DNA of 64,000 nucleotides from Eubacteriales bacterium (GCA_045612385.1 JAZKYZ010000028.1:701-64700); one strand, 5' to 3'. Counted from the first letter of the stretch, positions 48,274 through 59,206 are shown. The notes: generated by a model from the sequence alone, not told the origin. Numbers and translations: made by a program.

Positions 48274-49185
48274 TTACTCTGCTTCAAAAAGAGCGCTCGC
48301 AAACTCATCTGCATCAAAGGGTTTCATATCATCAATTTGTTCACCAACACCGATAAACTTCACGGCGATACCAAGTTCGTGTTTGATTGAGAAAATGATT
48401 CCACCCTTTGCTGTGCCATCAAGTTTTGTGAGAATCAAGCCTGTAATATCGCTTGCTCCCTTAAACTCTTTTGCTTGCAACACTGCATTTTGTCCTGTTG
48501 TAGCATCAAGAACCAATAACGTTTCCTTCGATGCATCAGGCAATTCACGTCTAATAACGCGATCAATCTTAGCGAGCTCGTCCATCAAATTCTTCTTGTT
48601 ATGAAGTCTACCCGCCGTATCAATGATTAAAACATCAGCATGTCTGCTTTTTACTGCGCCAATCGCATCATAAACCACCGACGCAGGATCTGCTCCTGCC
48701 GCCTGCTTTACGATATCTACCCCTGCTCTTTCGCACCAAACAGAAAGTTGTTCAGCCGCAGCTGCGCGAAACGTATCCGCCGCAGCTACAACAACCTTTT
48801 TGCCTTGATTTTTAAGTTCATATGCAATTTTACCAATGGACGTTGTTTTACCTACGCCGTTGACACCAATTACAAGGATAACTGAAGGTGACGTAGAAAG
48901 ATTCAGCCCTTCGTGTTCACCAAGCATATCACGCAGAATGCCATACAGCCGTTCTTTTATTTCTGCAGACTCTTTAATTTTCTCCGTTTTCGCAATATCT
49001 CGAAGTTCATCAAGGATTTCCTCTGTAAGTGTAAAACCGATATCTGCACCGATCAACAATTCTTCCAGTTCCTCAAAAAGTTCTTCGTCCACACGTCGAA
49101 AACTTTTGAACAAACTATCTATCTTTCCAAAGATAGCTGTTTTTGTTTTAGCAAGTCCCTGCTTTAATTTCTCAAAGAATCCCAT
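48274..49185 (-). CDS. ftsY: signal recognition particle receptor FtsY
   Basis: MGFFEKLKQGLAKTK start (ATG 49185, SD AAGAGGAA), GVNGVGKTT, DTAGR, TKLDG. Confidence 0.93.
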   Translation of the reverse strand: MGFFEKLKQGLAKTKTAIFGKIDSLFKSFRRVDEELFEELEELLIGADIGFTLTEEILDELRDIAKTEKIKESAEIKERLYGILRDMLGEHEGLNLSTSPSVILVIGVNGVGKTTSIGKIAYELKNQGKKVVVAAADTFRAAAAEQLSVWCERAGVDIVKQAAGADPASVVYDAIGAVKSRHADVLIIDTAGRLHNKKNLMDELAKIDRVIRRELPDASKETLLVLDATTGQNAVLQAKEFKGASDITGLILTKLDGTAKGGIIFSIKHELGIAVKFIGVGEQIDDMKPFDADEFASALFEAE

Positions 49186-52100
49186 CCAGTAATTCCTCTT
49201 GCTTTCCTTCAATTTCGTTTACATTGAGTTCAATCGCCTGCGAAATACCACGCTGTGGCATTGTTACACCATACAGACGGTTGCCGACCTCCATCGTGCC
49301 GCGACGGTGTGTAATCAGAATAAACTGCGTACCATCACTCATTCTCTTGATATATTCACCAAAACGGAAAACGTTTACCTCGTCAAGCGCTGCTTCGATC
49401 TCATCAAGAATACAGAAAGGCGTCGGATTTACCTTCAAGATAGCAAAAAGCAAGGCGATTGCGACAAATGATTGCTCACCACCGGACAAAAGAGACATTG
49501 ATTTAATAATTTTACCAGGAGGAGCCGCCTTAATTTCAATGCCTGACGTTAAGACGTCTTCGGGATTCACAAGAAGAAGCTCAGCATTACCACCACCGAA
49601 CAATTCACGGAAGGTAATAGCAAAATTCTTGTTGATGCTCTCAAACGCAACAACAAAACTCTCCTTCATCTCATCCTGAAGTCTATCAATAATATCAATT
49701 AACTCGTCATAGGATTTTGTCAAATCATTGTATTGCGCGTTCAAAGAATCATATCTCGATTTTACATCAGCATATTTCTGAATAGAATCAGGATCGAAAT
49801 GACCAATATTGCGCAAACGATTTCTACAACTGGTTTGCAGTGCTGCAACCTCATCTCGATTCTCTGCCGTAACAGCAGGATATTGCAATGCGATAGCATC
49901 CTCGTAGGAGATCTCGTACTCGTCCCAAAGTTCTCCTCCCAGAGAATCCTGCTTCTCTTTCAGATTATTGAGCGCATTTTCTTGTCTAAGCATCGCTTCA
50001 CGAGCAACATCACGGCTCGCGTTTTTCTCTTTTAACTTTTGACGAATTTCATTTTGCGCTTGTTCAAAATCATCACTGCCTGCCTCAAGTTCGCGATGTT
50101 GCTCATTTAGCTTGCGCAGTTGTTCTTCAAGAGCGACTCTTTCTCTGTGATTTTCTTCACGAAGTGTGTCGATATTATCCCGTTTAAACTTCAATTCGTC
50201 AATTTGGGTTTGTTGCGCAGCAATTTCAGCATTCAGCCCTTCGATACGCTCATCAAACGATCCAATCATCTGCTTTGCTGCATCAATTTCACCACGAAGT
50301 ACAGTGATTTTAATTTGGATTTCATTTGCTTTTTGACCGTATTCGTCGCGCTTTTCATCCATTACACCCATTTCTTCTGCACGCAGACTTCTTTGTGCTT
50401 TCAGGGCCTCAATTCGTTCGAGCGCAGCATTATATTCAATAGTTAATGCACGAATTTCTTCTTCTGCGCGAGAAGTTTGTCCAATCAGCGCCTGATAATC
50501 GTATCGCAATTTCTCCAAAGTGCTTTGATTTACGATATACTTAGCGTTTGCCGATTCCAAAGCGTTGAACTCAGAATGCGAGAGTGTAAGAAGAAGCTCT
50601 TTCGCCTGCGTCGCATCCATAATCTTATTTTTTTCTTCGCTGATTTCTTCATCTATTTCGGCAATACTCATCTCGCATTCCCAAATTTTCTTCGTTTTCT
50701 CTTGCGCGCTTTGACGTAGACTGTCAATTTCGTTCTGACGTGAAAGAATTCCACTCTCGCGTTTTGCGCTACCACCAGTGAAGCTACCACCTGCACCAAT
50801 GATTTGTCCGTCAAGAGTAACGAGTTTTACACGATAACGCAAAGCTTTTGCACACTTAGATGCGTTTTCGATATTATCGAATACAACTGTACGAACAAGC
50901 AAATGTTCCACAACCGTTCGATATTCACTATCACAATCTACCAAAGTGTCTGCGCGACCGACATATCCTGTATATTTTGCACATTCGCGAATTTCGGGCG
51001 TATCCCCCTGAGAACGAATGGCCGTAATCGGATAAAACGTTGCGCGTCCTTTGTTGTTTGTCTTAAGATAGTACATTGCCGCTTTGGCAGTCTCTTCATT
51101 GTCTACTACAATATTTTGCAGACTTTGACCAAGAGCAGTGTCAATAGCAGTTATGTATTCCTTATCAACATGAATCAGAGTAGAAAGCGGCCCGTGAATT
51201 AACGTTGCGCGAGGAATATTCCCCTTTTGGTACTCATTCATCACGGTACGAACACTTTCAAGAAAGCCATCGAAATGCTCTGTCATCTTTTCAAGCGTCT
51301 CTGCTTTACCAAGCAAAGAATCTCTTTCCGTACTGAATGTACGCATTAAAACAAAGAGTTGTTCTTTTTCCTCGTTCAATTCCTCGATACGCTGTGTAGA
51401 AAGAGCTACAATTTCTTCCTTCTGCTCTATTTGTTCTTTAAATTCTCTGGTACTTTCCTCTGCCTTTTCCGCTTCTTCTCGCAAAATCTGTGCTTCGCTC
51501 TCATATTGCTCAATTTCTTTTTCAATATCTTCGCTACGCATACCATCACTGATCTTCGAGTTTTGCAAGACATCTATACGTACCTTCAATGAGGATGCCG
51601 TTCCCTCCTCTGTCATAATCTCATCCAACATTTCAGTCAACTGACGAGTAGCACGATCTACTTCTACTGTAAGATTCTGCTGTTCTGCAAGATAAGATAA
51701 GCGTTCATCTGTAAAGGTATCAATTTTACCTTCCAACTCAGCGACTCTGGCTTCGTATTCTTCTTTATTAGCCACAAGAGATGCAATGCTCTCATTGATT
51801 TCAGAAATTCGCTTGAGGCATTGGCTCACCATTTCTTCAAAATGCGCAACGTTGCTCTCTGCTACGCTTAAAGCATTATCAAGCGTATGAATTCTCTCAC
51901 TGGTAAGACGTATTTCTTCCAGAAGATTACCCGTTAAAAGCTTATTTTCTTGCGCTTTGAGATATAGGTTCTCGCTCTGCATCTCAAGATCTGATATTGC
52001 CTGTTCGATAATATCGAGTTCCTTTTGAGCTAACAGAAGCGCTTTTTCCGCCTCATCAATATCAATACGAATTTTGCTGGTATCATAGAGCCAAAGAGAG

Positions 52101-52786
52101 ACGTCTGCGCGTTTTTTCTCTTCGTAAATTGCAAGTCCACGACGTGCTTTATCTGCTTCTTTTTCCAGAGGACCGATCTGTGCTTCAAGCTCCAAAAGAA
52201 TATCTCTCACACGATCAAGATTTTCTTGCGTGCCCTTCAGCTTACGCTCTGCCTCTTCTTTTCTGTGACGATATTTGGAAATACCAGCAGCTTCTTCAAA
52301 AATAGAACGACGCTCGTCACTCTTTTTTGAAATAATCTCTGCGATTTTTCCTTGTCCGATAATAGAATAACCCTCACGGCCAACACCGGTGTCCATAAAC
52401 AACTGGTATATATCACGAAGTCGCTTAGGCTCTTTATTGATTAGGTACTCGCTTTCACCAGTACGATAATAGCGTCGAGTAACAGAAACCTCATCATAAG
52501 GAGAATCCAAACGATTGTCGGGATCCGAGTTGTCGAACACGACAGTTACTTCTGCAAAGCCCATTGGACGTCTATCGTCGGTGCCACCAAAAATAACGTC
52601 CTCCATCTTTGTACCACGTATGTTACGGCTTGAAAGCTCGCCAAGTACCCAACGCATTGCGTCAGAAATATTAGATTTACCACTTCCGTTGGGTCCTACA
52701 ATAACCGTAGCACCACGCTCAAACGTAAGTACTGTTCTGTTTGGGAAAGACTTAAATCCGTGAAGTTCAAGAGATTTTAAATACAT
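49172..52786 (-). CDS. smc: chromosome segregation protein SMC
   Basis: 1204 aa, Walker A GPNGSGKSN, long coiled coils with hinge, LSGGEQSF signature, Walker B ILDEIEAALD. Confidence 0.95.
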   Translation of the reverse strand: MYLKSLELHGFKSFPNRTVLTFERGATVIVGPNGSGKSNISDAMRWVLGELSSRNIRGTKMEDVIFGGTDDRRPMGFAEVTVVFDNSDPDNRLDSPYDEVSVTRRYYRTGESEYLINKEPKRLRDIYQLFMDTGVGREGYSIIGQGKIAEIISKKSDERRSIFEEAAGISKYRHRKEEAERKLKGTQENLDRVRDILLELEAQIGPLEKEADKARRGLAIYEEKKRADVSLWLYDTSKIRIDIDEAEKALLLAQKELDIIEQAISDLEMQSENLYLKAQENKLLTGNLLEEIRLTSERIHTLDNALSVAESNVAHFEEMVSQCLKRISEINESIASLVANKEEYEARVAELEGKIDTFTDERLSYLAEQQNLTVEVDRATRQLTEMLDEIMTEEGTASSLKVRIDVLQNSKISDGMRSEDIEKEIEQYESEAQILREEAEKAEESTREFKEQIEQKEEIVALSTQRIEELNEEKEQLFVLMRTFSTERDSLLGKAETLEKMTEHFDGFLESVRTVMNEYQKGNIPRATLIHGPLSTLIHVDKEYITAIDTALGQSLQNIVVDNEETAKAAMYYLKTNNKGRATFYPITAIRSQGDTPEIRECAKYTGYVGRADTLVDCDSEYRTVVEHLLVRTVVFDNIENASKCAKALRYRVKLVTLDGQIIGAGGSFTGGSAKRESGILSRQNEIDSLRQSAQEKTKKIWECEMSIAEIDEEISEEKNKIMDATQAKELLLTLSHSEFNALESANAKYIVNQSTLEKLRYDYQALIGQTSRAEEEIRALTIEYNAALERIEALKAQRSLRAEEMGVMDEKRDEYGQKANEIQIKITVLRGEIDAAKQMIGSFDERIEGLNAEIAAQQTQIDELKFKRDNIDTLREENHRERVALEEQLRKLNEQHRELEAGSDDFEQAQNEIRQKLKEKNASRDVAREAMLRQENALNNLKEKQDSLGGELWDEYEISYEDAIALQYPAVTAENRDEVAALQTSCRNRLRNIGHFDPDSIQKYADVKSRYDSLNAQYNDLTKSYDELIDIIDRLQDEMKESFVVAFESINKNFAITFRELFGGGNAELLLVNPEDVLTSGIEIKAAPPGKIIKSMSLLSGGEQSFVAIALLFAILKVNPTPFCILDEIEAALDEVNVFRFGEYIKRMSDGTQFILITHRRGTMEVGNRLYGVTMPQRGISQAIELNVNEIEGKQEELLDGIL

Positions 52787-52813
52787 TATATAATCCTTTC
52801 GTCAACACCGAAA

Positions 52814-53824
52814 TTACTCTTCGGTTAAGGAGACCATTTTAAAAGAAGGTCGCTTTCGTTCAATAAAACGAATTCCCTTCAAGGAAAACATCTCCATAAG
52901 ACGCAACTTATTTTTCTTTTTATGTCCGATTGCTCTGGAAAGTTCACCTTTGTTTACATAAACAGTCACGTTTTTCTCTGTATATGTACTTTCCTTAAGC
53001 AATTCACACAACATTTCATAATACAGTTCCGAATATATCAGTTCGCCAAGCGCTGGATGATTCGCTCCACCATACACTGAATCATCTGAGGTAAGCGTTT
53101 CACTTGCACAAAGTCCAATACGAATCACAGGAATGTGATTTTGATGAAAAACACGAAGCACAGAAACACCTCGAGATATAGCTTCTTCATTGGAAAGGGG
53201 TAGATATTCTCCCATCTTTGCCATAGTACATAACTTCGTATCATTAAAAACCACCGTAGGATAGATACGTGTAGCATCTGCCCCGAGCTCGACAATTTGC
53301 TTTGCAGTATATATTTCATCTTCCTTTGTAGAACCAGGCAAACCGAGCATCATTTGCAAGACAAGCTGAAAGCCATAGGCTTTGATTAACTTGGCCGACT
53401 GAACAGTCTGGGCATAAGAATGCCCCCTTCTTGTTTTCAAAAGAACCTCGTCTCTTGCGCTCTGCATACCAAGTTCAATGGTTTTCATTCCATATTTTTG
53501 CAAAATAGAGAGAATTTCGTCATCGATCGCATCTGGTCTTGTCGAGCATCGCAATGCGCAAACCACCCCTTTTTCTATGTAAGAATATCCTATTTTCAAC
53601 AATTCTAACATAAGGGAACGATCAATTGCTGTAAACGAGCCTCCGAAAAAAGCAATCTCTACCTCATCATCCGGCGACACCGTTGACAAAACCGTTTCGA
53701 TTGTTTTTTCAACTTCGCTGAGCGCAAAAGCATTGACGCCACTTATTTTTCTTTGATTACAAAAAACACACGCATACGGACATCCAAGATGTGGTATAAA
53801 AATCGGAATATTGATATGTCTCAT
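52814..53824 (-). CDS. ELP3-like radical SAM protein lacking an acetyltransferase domain
   Basis: IPIFIPHLGCPYACVFCNQ (CxxxCxxC). 336 aa from ATG 53824, which overlaps the rnc stop as ATGA. Confidence 0.8.
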   Translation of the reverse strand: MRHINIPIFIPHLGCPYACVFCNQRKISGVNAFALSEVEKTIETVLSTVSPDDEVEIAFFGGSFTAIDRSLMLELLKIGYSYIEKGVVCALRCSTRPDAIDDEILSILQKYGMKTIELGMQSARDEVLLKTRRGHSYAQTVQSAKLIKAYGFQLVLQMMLGLPGSTKEDEIYTAKQIVELGADATRIYPTVVFNDTKLCTMAKMGEYLPLSNEEAISRGVSVLRVFHQNHIPVIRIGLCASETLTSDDSVYGGANHPALGELIYSELYYEMLCELLKESTYTEKNVTVYVNKGELSRAIGHKKKNKLRLMEMFSLKGIRFIERKRPSFKMVSLTEE

Positions 53825-54531
53825 ACAACGCCAAAGAGGACGAGCGCACATTTCGCTGCCATTTGTTCAGCCGATTTTATCGTTCTTCCCTCTCCTTCTC
53901 CAACAATGTTATTGTTGATCAAAGCGACTACGCGAAATCGTTTAGAATGTTCGGGACCGACCTCTTCTACCATTTGATACTCCAGAATTGATGATCCATC
54001 TTGTTCGACCAGTTGTTGCAGGGCCGTTTTATAATCGCTGATTTTAGAAGGCTTCAGGTTCTCTAAAACAGGTTGCATTAGGCGAAGGATAACTTCTTTA
54101 TATTTTTCATCCCCTCGCAGACAACTGTCTAAATAGAGTGCTCCAAACACAGCCTCCAGAGTATCTGCAAGCATACGTGGGCGCTCTCTACATTCCGTTT
54201 CTTCCCCTTTGCCAAGGTGAATATAATCGCCAAGTGAAATCAAAGCTGCAATAGATGCAAGACTATTTTCACAAACAGCATTTTTCCTTAACGTAGTGAG
54301 TTTTCCTTCGGGAAGCTTTTGATTGTTCTTGTAGATATACTCAGATATCACAAGTTCCAGAACTGCATCCCCGAGAAATTCCATTCGTTCATTGGATGGA
54401 AGGCGAATGCCACGACTCCTCATCTCATTGGAATATGAGGTATGTGTCAAGGCGCAATCAAGAAGGGAGATATCTGTAAACTCATATGCAAGCGTGTTGA
54501 GCAGAGAAAGCAGATCTTTTCCCATCCCCAT
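53821..54531 (-). CDS. rnc: ribonuclease III
   Basis: NERMEFLGDAVLEL signature and C-terminal dsRBD. ATG 54531 lies 8 nt after GGAGG; the track start is TTG. Confidence 0.92.
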   Translation of the reverse strand: MGMGKDLLSLLNTLAYEFTDISLLDCALTHTSYSNEMRSRGIRLPSNERMEFLGDAVLELVISEYIYKNNQKLPEGKLTTLRKNAVCENSLASIAALISLGDYIHLGKGEETECRERPRMLADTLEAVFGALYLDSCLRGDEKYKEVILRLMQPVLENLKPSKISDYKTALQQLVEQDGSSILEYQMVEEVGPEHSKRFRVVALINNNIVGEGEGRTIKSAEQMAAKCALVLFGVV

Positions 54532-54549
54532 AGTATTTACCTCCAAATA

Positions 54550-55584
54550 TTAAGTAGAAAATATTCTATCTGCATCTGCAAGAATTTTCTTTTCATCATA
54601 TTCTTCAGCAAACACACGTATATCCTCGCTAATTCCACTTTCCACATAAGAAATAGCTTGTCTGACAGCGTTCATAATCGCATTTGCATCCGAAGAACCG
54701 TGCGCCTTGATTACAGGTGCTCGTACACCAAGAATTGGCGCGCCTCCATGCTCGCTGGCATCAAATCGACGTTTTAATTCTTTTCTTTTTTCTTTCATCG
54801 TCAAAGCAGTAGATGCTGCCATAACGATATTTGTGGTCAAAACTTCTTTCAGCATTTTAAGCATAAACTTGCCCATACCCTCAATGCTCTTCAAGAAAAT
54901 ATTGCCTGTAAATCCTTCAGTAACAAGAACATCCACCGTATCAAAAGGAACAGCTTTGGATTCGATGTTACCGACGAAATTCAGTCCACTTTCAAGCAAC
55001 AGTTGATATGTTTCAACCTGCAAAGGATTTCCCTTGTTATATTCCGTGCCGTTATTCAGCAGTCCAACACGAGGACGGTCAAGATGATACAGTTTTTCCA
55101 TATACTTGGCGCCCATAAAGGCGAATTGACAAAGGTCATCGCTTGAACAATTCAGGTTGGCACCACAGTCCATCAACAAAACAGGGTTAGAAAGAGGTAA
55201 CACTGAAGCGATTGCAGGACGGTTAATGCCTTTAAATCTGCGTACAATCAGGGTAGCTCCTGTAATAAGTGCGCCAGTGTTTCCTGCGCTTACAAAGGCA
55301 TCAATTTCCCCTCCAGCAAGCATTCGAAGTCCGACGCTCATTGAGGACTGTTTTTTTTCGCGAACCACGCAGAGAGGTCTATCCTCCATTGTGATAACAT
55401 CCGTTGCATTTATGATTTTAATACCGGTAAGATCAATTTCCTCTTTGATTGCAATATCCGAGAGGATATTTTCGTCACCGATTAACATAATCTCGTGATT
55501 ATATGCTTGTAACGCAAGCACTGCGCCACGTAACATTTCAAGTGGAGCATTATCACCACTCATAGCATCAATTAGTATTTTCAT
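54550..55584 (-). CDS. plsX: phosphate acyltransferase PlsX
   Basis: MKILIDAMSGDNAP N-terminus. 344 aa. Confidence 0.93.
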   Translation of the reverse strand: MKILIDAMSGDNAPLEMLRGAVLALQAYNHEIMLIGDENILSDIAIKEEIDLTGIKIINATDVITMEDRPLCVVREKKQSSMSVGLRMLAGGEIDAFVSAGNTGALITGATLIVRRFKGINRPAIASVLPLSNPVLLMDCGANLNCSSDDLCQFAFMGAKYMEKLYHLDRPRVGLLNNGTEYNKGNPLQVETYQLLLESGLNFVGNIESKAVPFDTVDVLVTEGFTGNIFLKSIEGMGKFMLKMLKEVLTTNIVMAASTALTMKEKRKELKRRFDASEHGGAPILGVRAPVIKAHGSSDANAIMNAVRQAISYVESGISEDIRVFAEEYDEKKILADADRIFST

Positions 55585-56921
55585 TCTTGATTTAAGGAAG
55601 AAACGATTTGCTCTATTGCGAAAATAGATCTCTGTGCATAAGCTTGGTTTCTTGCCTTTTTACCACCTTTCACTTTTTTATCGAATGGTGCGATAATACC
55701 AAAATTGGCATTCATAGGTTGAAAAGAGGAACTAACGCCCCCCTCGCTTACATAGTGAGCAAGCGCACCAATTTCTGTCGTTTTTGGGAAAATAAAACGC
55801 TCCTGCCCTAAAGCAAGCCTTGCTGCATTTACTCCTGCAACAAATCCTGACGAGGAGGACTCCACATATCCTTCCACTCCCGTCATCTGACCTGCGAAAA
55901 ATAACATTGGACGTTTTACCATTTCATATATTGAATTTAGAAAACCAGGAGAATTTAAGTAGGTATTTCTGTGCATTACACCGTAACGCAGAAAATTCGC
56001 ATTTTCAAGACCTGGAATGAGAGAAAAAACACGTTTTTGTTCTCCAAAAGTCAAGTGGGTCTGAAAGCCTACAATGTTATACATTGTGCCTTCTTTGTTC
56101 TCACGCCTTAACTGCACCGTAGCAAAAGCATCTTCCCCTGTTTCAGGGAGAGGAAGCCCCACAGGCTTCATTGGGCCAAAACGCAAAGTATCATAACCAC
56201 GTGATGCCATAACCTCAACGGGCATACAGCCTTCAAAAACCGTAAGATCCTCCTGCAATTCTTGATCAAAGGCCTTAAGAGGAGCCACCTGCGCATGGAT
56301 CAATTCGTGATAAAAAATATCATATTCCTCTTTTGTCATTGGGCAATTCAAATAATCCGTGCTTTCGCCTTTTCCGTATCTTGATGCAAAAAAAGCTTTT
56401 GTCATATTAACGCTATCTGCTTCGACAATGGGCGCTGCTGCATCAAAAAAATGCAATCCTTCCTCACCGGTAATTTCTACAATTTTTCTGGATAGCTTTT
56501 CACTTGTTAAAGGACCAGAAGCAACGATAACAATGCCCTCGTCAGGAATTTCCTCTACTTCTTGCTCGTGAACCGTTATATATGGATTTGAACGGATAAA
56601 CTCAGTGATATACCTGCTGAATTCTTCTCGATTAACGGCAAGCGCAGAGCCAGCAGGAACACGGGAATGCTCTGCCGCTTCCATAATGAGAGAACCCAAT
56701 CTTCTTAATTCCTCTTTTAGCAGACCTACTGCATTAGATATATCATCACTCCTGAGCGAATTAGAACATACAAGTTCAGCAAAATCAGAACTATGATGCG
56801 CAGGAGAAAAAGAGTGAGGCTTCATCTCATATAAATCTACATAAACACCACGTTTGGCACATTGATACGCTGCCTCACATCCTGCAAGACCAGCGCCAAT
56901 AATTGTTACTTTTTTCATCAT
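55581..56921 (-). CDS. trmFO: methylenetetrahydrofolate--tRNA-(uracil54-C5)-methyltransferase TrmFO
   Basis: VTIIGAGLAGCEAA FAD motif. 446 aa. Position after topA as in Bacillus. Confidence 0.93.
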   Translation of the reverse strand: MMKKVTIIGAGLAGCEAAYQCAKRGVYVDLYEMKPHSFSPAHHSSDFAELVCSNSLRSDDISNAVGLLKEELRRLGSLIMEAAEHSRVPAGSALAVNREEFSRYITEFIRSNPYITVHEQEVEEIPDEGIVIVASGPLTSEKLSRKIVEITGEEGLHFFDAAAPIVEADSVNMTKAFFASRYGKGESTDYLNCPMTKEEYDIFYHELIHAQVAPLKAFDQELQEDLTVFEGCMPVEVMASRGYDTLRFGPMKPVGLPLPETGEDAFATVQLRRENKEGTMYNIVGFQTHLTFGEQKRVFSLIPGLENANFLRYGVMHRNTYLNSPGFLNSIYEMVKRPMLFFAGQMTGVEGYVESSSSGFVAGVNAARLALGQERFIFPKTTEIGALAHYVSEGGVSSSFQPMNANFGIIAPFDKKVKGGKKARNQAYAQRSIFAIEQIVSSLNQE

Positions 56922-59179
56922 TCAATTATCTCAATTTCTTCTTCACGTTTGTAATTGCACTTCTTTTCTTTGCAAATAACCGATTTACGGCTCTTTCTGT
57001 AGAAAAGCATTGCCCCACAATCGGGACATTTTTCGTTTAATGGCATATCCCACGAAGAAAAATCGCATTCAGGATATCTTTCACAACTGAAGAAAAGCGT
57101 TTTGCCTTTTCCGTGACGAGAAATAATATCGCACGAACATTTAGGACAGGGGACGCCAGTCTTTGTAACTTTTTGTTTTGTAAATTTACAATTTGGATAA
57201 TTGGAACAAGCGTAAAATTCTCCGAATTTACCTCTGCGAATCACCATACGTCCACCACAAATCTCGCAATCGAAGTCTGCATAAACTACGGTTGGCGCTT
57301 CACGCTCAACAATCTGTCCGTTTTTATCCACTGCTTTTGTGTTTCTGCACGCAGGATAACTTGGACACGCAAGGAATTTACCAAACTTTCCTTCCTTGTA
57401 AACCATTCTTGCGCCACACTTATCGCAGATTACATCGCTCTCTTCTACGGGCGTTTCCACTTTTTCCTTGAAGGAGCAATCCTGAGCTTTCTCCAATTCT
57501 ACTTTAAATCTTTCATAGAATGTAGAAAGCACATCATATGTTGTTGTCTCTTGATTTTCGATAGAGTCAAGTTGTTCTTCCATATATGCTGTAAATTCAT
57601 AGTCTACAATTTCAGGAAAATACTCACTCATATATTTCGTCGTAACCTCGCCAAGCGAAGTGCCGACAAGACTCTTTCCGTCTCTCGCCACATAGTTTCT
57701 TGAGAGAATAATAGAGATAATCGGCGCATAGGTTGAGGGTCTGCCAATTCCATTTTCCTCAAGGAATTTAACAAGGGATGCTTCTGTATATCGCGCTGGT
57801 GGCTCCGTATAGTGCTGCTCTGCCTTAATTTCGCTCGAAGAAAGTATCTCACCTTCTTGAATAACAGGAAGTTTTGCAAAATTCGTCTCCTGCGCCATAT
57901 TTTCATCATCATCTGTATTATAAAGTTCCATATAGCCTGCGAACTTAACAGAATAACCTGAAGTACGGAAGATATAGGAATTATTTTCAATATCAATGGA
58001 AACGGTATCCAGAACAGCCGCCTCCATCTGGCTTGCAACAAACCTTTCCCAAATCAGTTTGTAAAGTTTGTATTGATCCAGAGTCAAAAGCTTGCGAATT
58101 TTCTTCGGTGTGATATACACATTCGCAGGACGGATCGCCTCGTGGGCATCCTGTGCATTAGAGCTTGCTTTAAACTGTCTTGGTGTTTTAGGGGTATAGG
58201 CGTCACCATAATGCTCACGAATAAATTCCGAAGCGCTCTCACGCGCGCTATCAGCAACACGCAAGGAGTCCGTACGCATATAGGTAATCAAACCTTGAAC
58301 GCCACCAAATTCAGCGCCAAGATTTAAACCGTCGTACAACTCTTGTGCAACCTTCATAATTTTCTGAGCCTGAAATCCTAACTTCTTGGACGCCTCTTGC
58401 TGAAGCGTCGAAGTTGTAAACGGAGGGGCAGGCATTCTTTGTCTTTGAAGATGCTTAACGCTGACAACTTGGAATTGTCCTGCGCCAATTTTTTCTAAAA
58501 TCTCATCTGCCTGTTCTTTGTTTTCGATACGTATTTTTCCGGTACTATTGCCAAAGAATTTTGTTTCAAAAAACTCTCCAGGTGCGCTTTCCAGCATCAC
58601 ATCCACTGTCCAATATTCTTGTGGAACAAAAGAGCGTATTTCTTCTTCACGTTCTGTGATGATGCGAGCTGCGACCGATTGAACACGACCACCAGAAAGT
58701 CCACTTTTTACATTTTTCCAAAGAAGCTGGCTAAGTTTAAACCCAACAATACGGTCAAGGATTCTTCTTGCTTGCTGAGAATTCACAAGATCCATATTGA
58801 TTGGACGTGGATTCTTAATCGCTTCTTTCACTGCACCTTTGGTAATCTCGTTAAAGGTGATTCGGAAAGCCTTTTCGGGCGCGATTCCAAGTTCTGTCGC
58901 AATATGCCACGAAATTGCTTCTCCTTCACGGTCAGGGTCCGTTGCGAGAAAAACTTTCGTCGCCTTCTGCGCTTCTTTCTTCAATTCTTTTATGATATCC
59001 CCTTTTCCACGAATATTGATATAACGAGGTGCAAAACCATTTTCAATATCAATACCAAGCGTGCTTTTGGGAAGATCACGGATATGACCTCTGGATGCAA
59101 TTACTTTGTAATTCGGACCAAGATAGCCCTTAATTGTAGTCGCCTTTGCAGGTGATTCAACGATAACTAAATAAGACAT
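56918..59179 (-). CDS. topA: DNA topoisomerase I
   Basis: LVIVESPAKA Toprim start, catalytic Tyr region ITYMRTDS, several C-terminal CxxC zinc ribbons. Confidence 0.95.
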   Translation of the reverse strand: MSYLVIVESPAKATTIKGYLGPNYKVIASRGHIRDLPKSTLGIDIENGFAPRYINIRGKGDIIKELKKEAQKATKVFLATDPDREGEAISWHIATELGIAPEKAFRITFNEITKGAVKEAIKNPRPINMDLVNSQQARRILDRIVGFKLSQLLWKNVKSGLSGGRVQSVAARIITEREEEIRSFVPQEYWTVDVMLESAPGEFFETKFFGNSTGKIRIENKEQADEILEKIGAGQFQVVSVKHLQRQRMPAPPFTTSTLQQEASKKLGFQAQKIMKVAQELYDGLNLGAEFGGVQGLITYMRTDSLRVADSARESASEFIREHYGDAYTPKTPRQFKASSNAQDAHEAIRPANVYITPKKIRKLLTLDQYKLYKLIWERFVASQMEAAVLDTVSIDIENNSYIFRTSGYSVKFAGYMELYNTDDDENMAQETNFAKLPVIQEGEILSSSEIKAEQHYTEPPARYTEASLVKFLEENGIGRPSTYAPIISIILSRNYVARDGKSLVGTSLGEVTTKYMSEYFPEIVDYEFTAYMEEQLDSIENQETTTYDVLSTFYERFKVELEKAQDCSFKEKVETPVEESDVICDKCGARMVYKEGKFGKFLACPSYPACRNTKAVDKNGQIVEREAPTVVYADFDCEICGGRMVIRRGKFGEFYACSNYPNCKFTKQKVTKTGVPCPKCSCDIISRHGKGKTLFFSCERYPECDFSSWDMPLNEKCPDCGAMLFYRKSRKSVICKEKKCNYKREEEIEIIE

Positions 59180-59206
59180 AAACCACGCGGCAGAGCCGCA
59201 CCTTTC

